The translations under genes were made by a program, and so were the position numbers. From Crocinitomicaceae bacterium (lineage in GTDB: Bacteria; Bacteroidota; Bacteroidia; Flavobacteriales_D; Crocinitomicaceae): DNA of 64,000 nt. Shown piece by piece: positions 63,701 through 64,000 of this stretch. The stretch is from NCBI GenBank assembly GCA_030833845.1, contig JAURGK010000001.1, forward strand, positions 97,468 through 161,467, read 5' to 3'. Positions within the stretch are counted from its first letter, which is position 1. Each line of letters opens with the position of its first letter. The notes below the pieces were generated by a model. The model was not told the origin of the DNA and searched no databases. It saw only the letters and a list, made by a program, of their open reading frames with translations.

Positions 63701-64000
63701 ATGATGAACTGATAACGACTACCTTGAGCACTATTGACAAAAGGTTGTGTTGACACAACACTACCGTTATTGAATGCAACATGACTCAGCGGCGCCCCTC
63801 CTGGGCCTGTATCAGGCCTTGTATATACTGGCATTTGGTATTGATCCACTTCTGTATATGGAAGCGGTTTGAGGTTAATTTGAGCCGGACTGGCGCAATT
63901 GGCTAAAAACTGCATTCCGTTGACGGCAACTGAATCAAATGCACCGGTATGGTCGTAAACTTTTGTGTAAGTCAAATAATCCCATTCGCCGCAGTTGTAT
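60724..64000 (-). CDS. Very large T9SS-sorted protein with LamG/ConA-like and PNGase F-like domains. The 5' end lies outside the window.
   Basis: The ORF stays open to nt 64000, and the M at 63975 in the ORF track is an internal TTG. LamG block is FTVEFWARSEF...WNHWAFV...SGKIDELRVYKAAL. PNGase F-like blocks are RYITPYGIQFDLGP..WIYDVTDY and RMSGHGQVGDYACCEWVNNSHQIKVDG...CGDNPNIGQGGTWPYAREGWCPGDMV. CTD is IKIFPNPTAGLTTVEL...SGTYLIQIDTPLGTYTKKIIKP. Confidence 0.82.
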   Translation of the reverse strand, partial: YNCGEWDYLTYTKVYDHTGAFDSVAVNGMQFLANCASPAQINLKPLPYTEVDQYQMPVYTRPDTGPGGAPLSHVAFNNGSVVSTQPFVNSAQGSRYQFIMTAAELSAAGIQAGPISSIQLNLVTGGELQWPQIWMAHTQQTTLSEFIQAPFLGVFNASFGPGMANAPLVAGWNTFVFFQDFVWDGTSNILVQFDLNNNDFPASQNLEFLMEQTSSPMSLAYGSRNGTLSLSGSNYTMSSFVNEEIGGAFTVEFWARSEFNMGVNTSIMEALDSAGRRVFNIHMPWSNNNIYFDAGDETGYDRINKVATSNDIGDYQWNHWAFVKDQASGQMFIYKNGTLWHSGTNKNREIGYLQKFIIGANGNAANFWSGKIDELRVYKAALNETTIASFYQQKVDNTHPNWNDLVLYHDFDNLRYAIDLSGHGHTLMPSEFGMVAPDPIFGVYAGAQAQNLRPVLKIGQDVAQGMSTTLVNQPILKEPVVVFEQAPLNRHFELIETYIGAPEGVEAIIDGNGTVLSSTPVQTTLSLNNQPIVVYNPPYEVINNVEIARYITPYGIQFDLGPNGFTWIYDVTDYQQYLHGLVDLSAHNTQELLDLKFAFIKGTPPRDVIKREPIWAESKSYNFGQMAADAVLQAKPIVLSDSAEMFKIKTRMSGHGQVGDYACCEWVNNSHQIKVDGIPRFNWSIWDAMVCGDNPNIGQGGTWPYAREGWCPGDMVKDFEFELTPYVSPGDTVELDYAVNSVPANDPGQAGGNYIAAYDLISYSAPNFDYDAAIVDVLNPNNYEYYSKWNPTCQNPRIILKNTGAQPLTSCRIFCWLDYGSNMVYDWTGNLDFMEQAVVEIPITDMNWWYEQDSSYTFTAWVADVNGNIGPDLYNQNSLMTVKYDAPERIDGPFFVWLTTNNKAVENSYQLLDHAGNVLFERNNLQNSTQYKDTFDLAPGCYSIIIEDTDHDGLSFWYSAQVEGETAGQMRLRKVGGSYIEFFPGDFGHYHRYDFTVGFTLDVPEMNQNAEIKIFPNPTAGLTTVELSGPINGEAQLKLLDLTGRQLYQESMHATDLFAESFIDMSAYLSGTYLIQIDTPLGTYTKKIIKP

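Noticed and set aside
1-64000. A search by eye for CRISPR arrays, tRNA/rRNA genes, IS elements, integrases, phage genes, toxin-antitoxin pairs or known defence-system genes.
   Set aside because: No intergenic gap exceeds about 390 nt, and that gap is explained by divergent promoters plus the riboswitch. I saw no direct-repeat arrays, cloverleaf-capable segments, or transposase, integrase or nuclease-type ORFs. The MORN 'YwqK-like' protein has a signal peptide and sits in a glycosyltransferase operon, so it is not a credible antitoxin.

Overview
This is a gene-dense chromosomal segment with about 44 protein-coding genes. I found no rRNA, tRNA, CRISPR array, transposase, integrase or phage genes. 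It is almost certainly from a member of Bacteroidota, probably a marine Flavobacteriia-like organism. The evidence for that placement is: at least six ORFs ending in type-IX-secretion (T9SS) C-terminal sorting domains; SprB-type and LVIVD repeats; a fused SecDF; a Rho factor with a large low-complexity insertion; a Met105 proteorhodopsin; and recurrent TAnnTTTG '-7' promoter boxes.

Housekeeping genes present are uvrA (partial), pnp, rpsO, murQ, dnaX, dnaB, nth, rho, mpl, yaaA, cutC, sppA and secDF. Between them lie secreted peptidases (M1, an M16 pair, NlpC/P60), a glycosyltransferase operon and large T9SS cargo proteins.

The items most worth follow-up are:
1. A well-formed cobalamin riboswitch controls only one gene, a T9SS-sorted beta-propeller-like protein with no transporter attached. 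This is a candidate secreted or cell-surface corrinoid-capture protein.
2. dnaX is split at a run of ten A. The genomic zero frame gives only a gamma-like protein, and tau requires a -1 shift or transcriptional slippage. The alternative is a homopolymer sequencing error.
3. Four genes share an identical TAnnTTTG-N4-ATG geometry, which implies leaderless mRNAs.
4. Two T9SS cargo genes, one carrying a PNGase F-like domain, sit in one co-directional string with a translationally coupled GT2-HAD phosphatase-MORN-GT4 operon.
5. There is a stand-alone green-tuned proteorhodopsin.
6. There is a membrane-anchored VIT-vWA-DUF2135-like giant protein.

All calls come from reading the sequence and the supplied translations. 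No searches were run.
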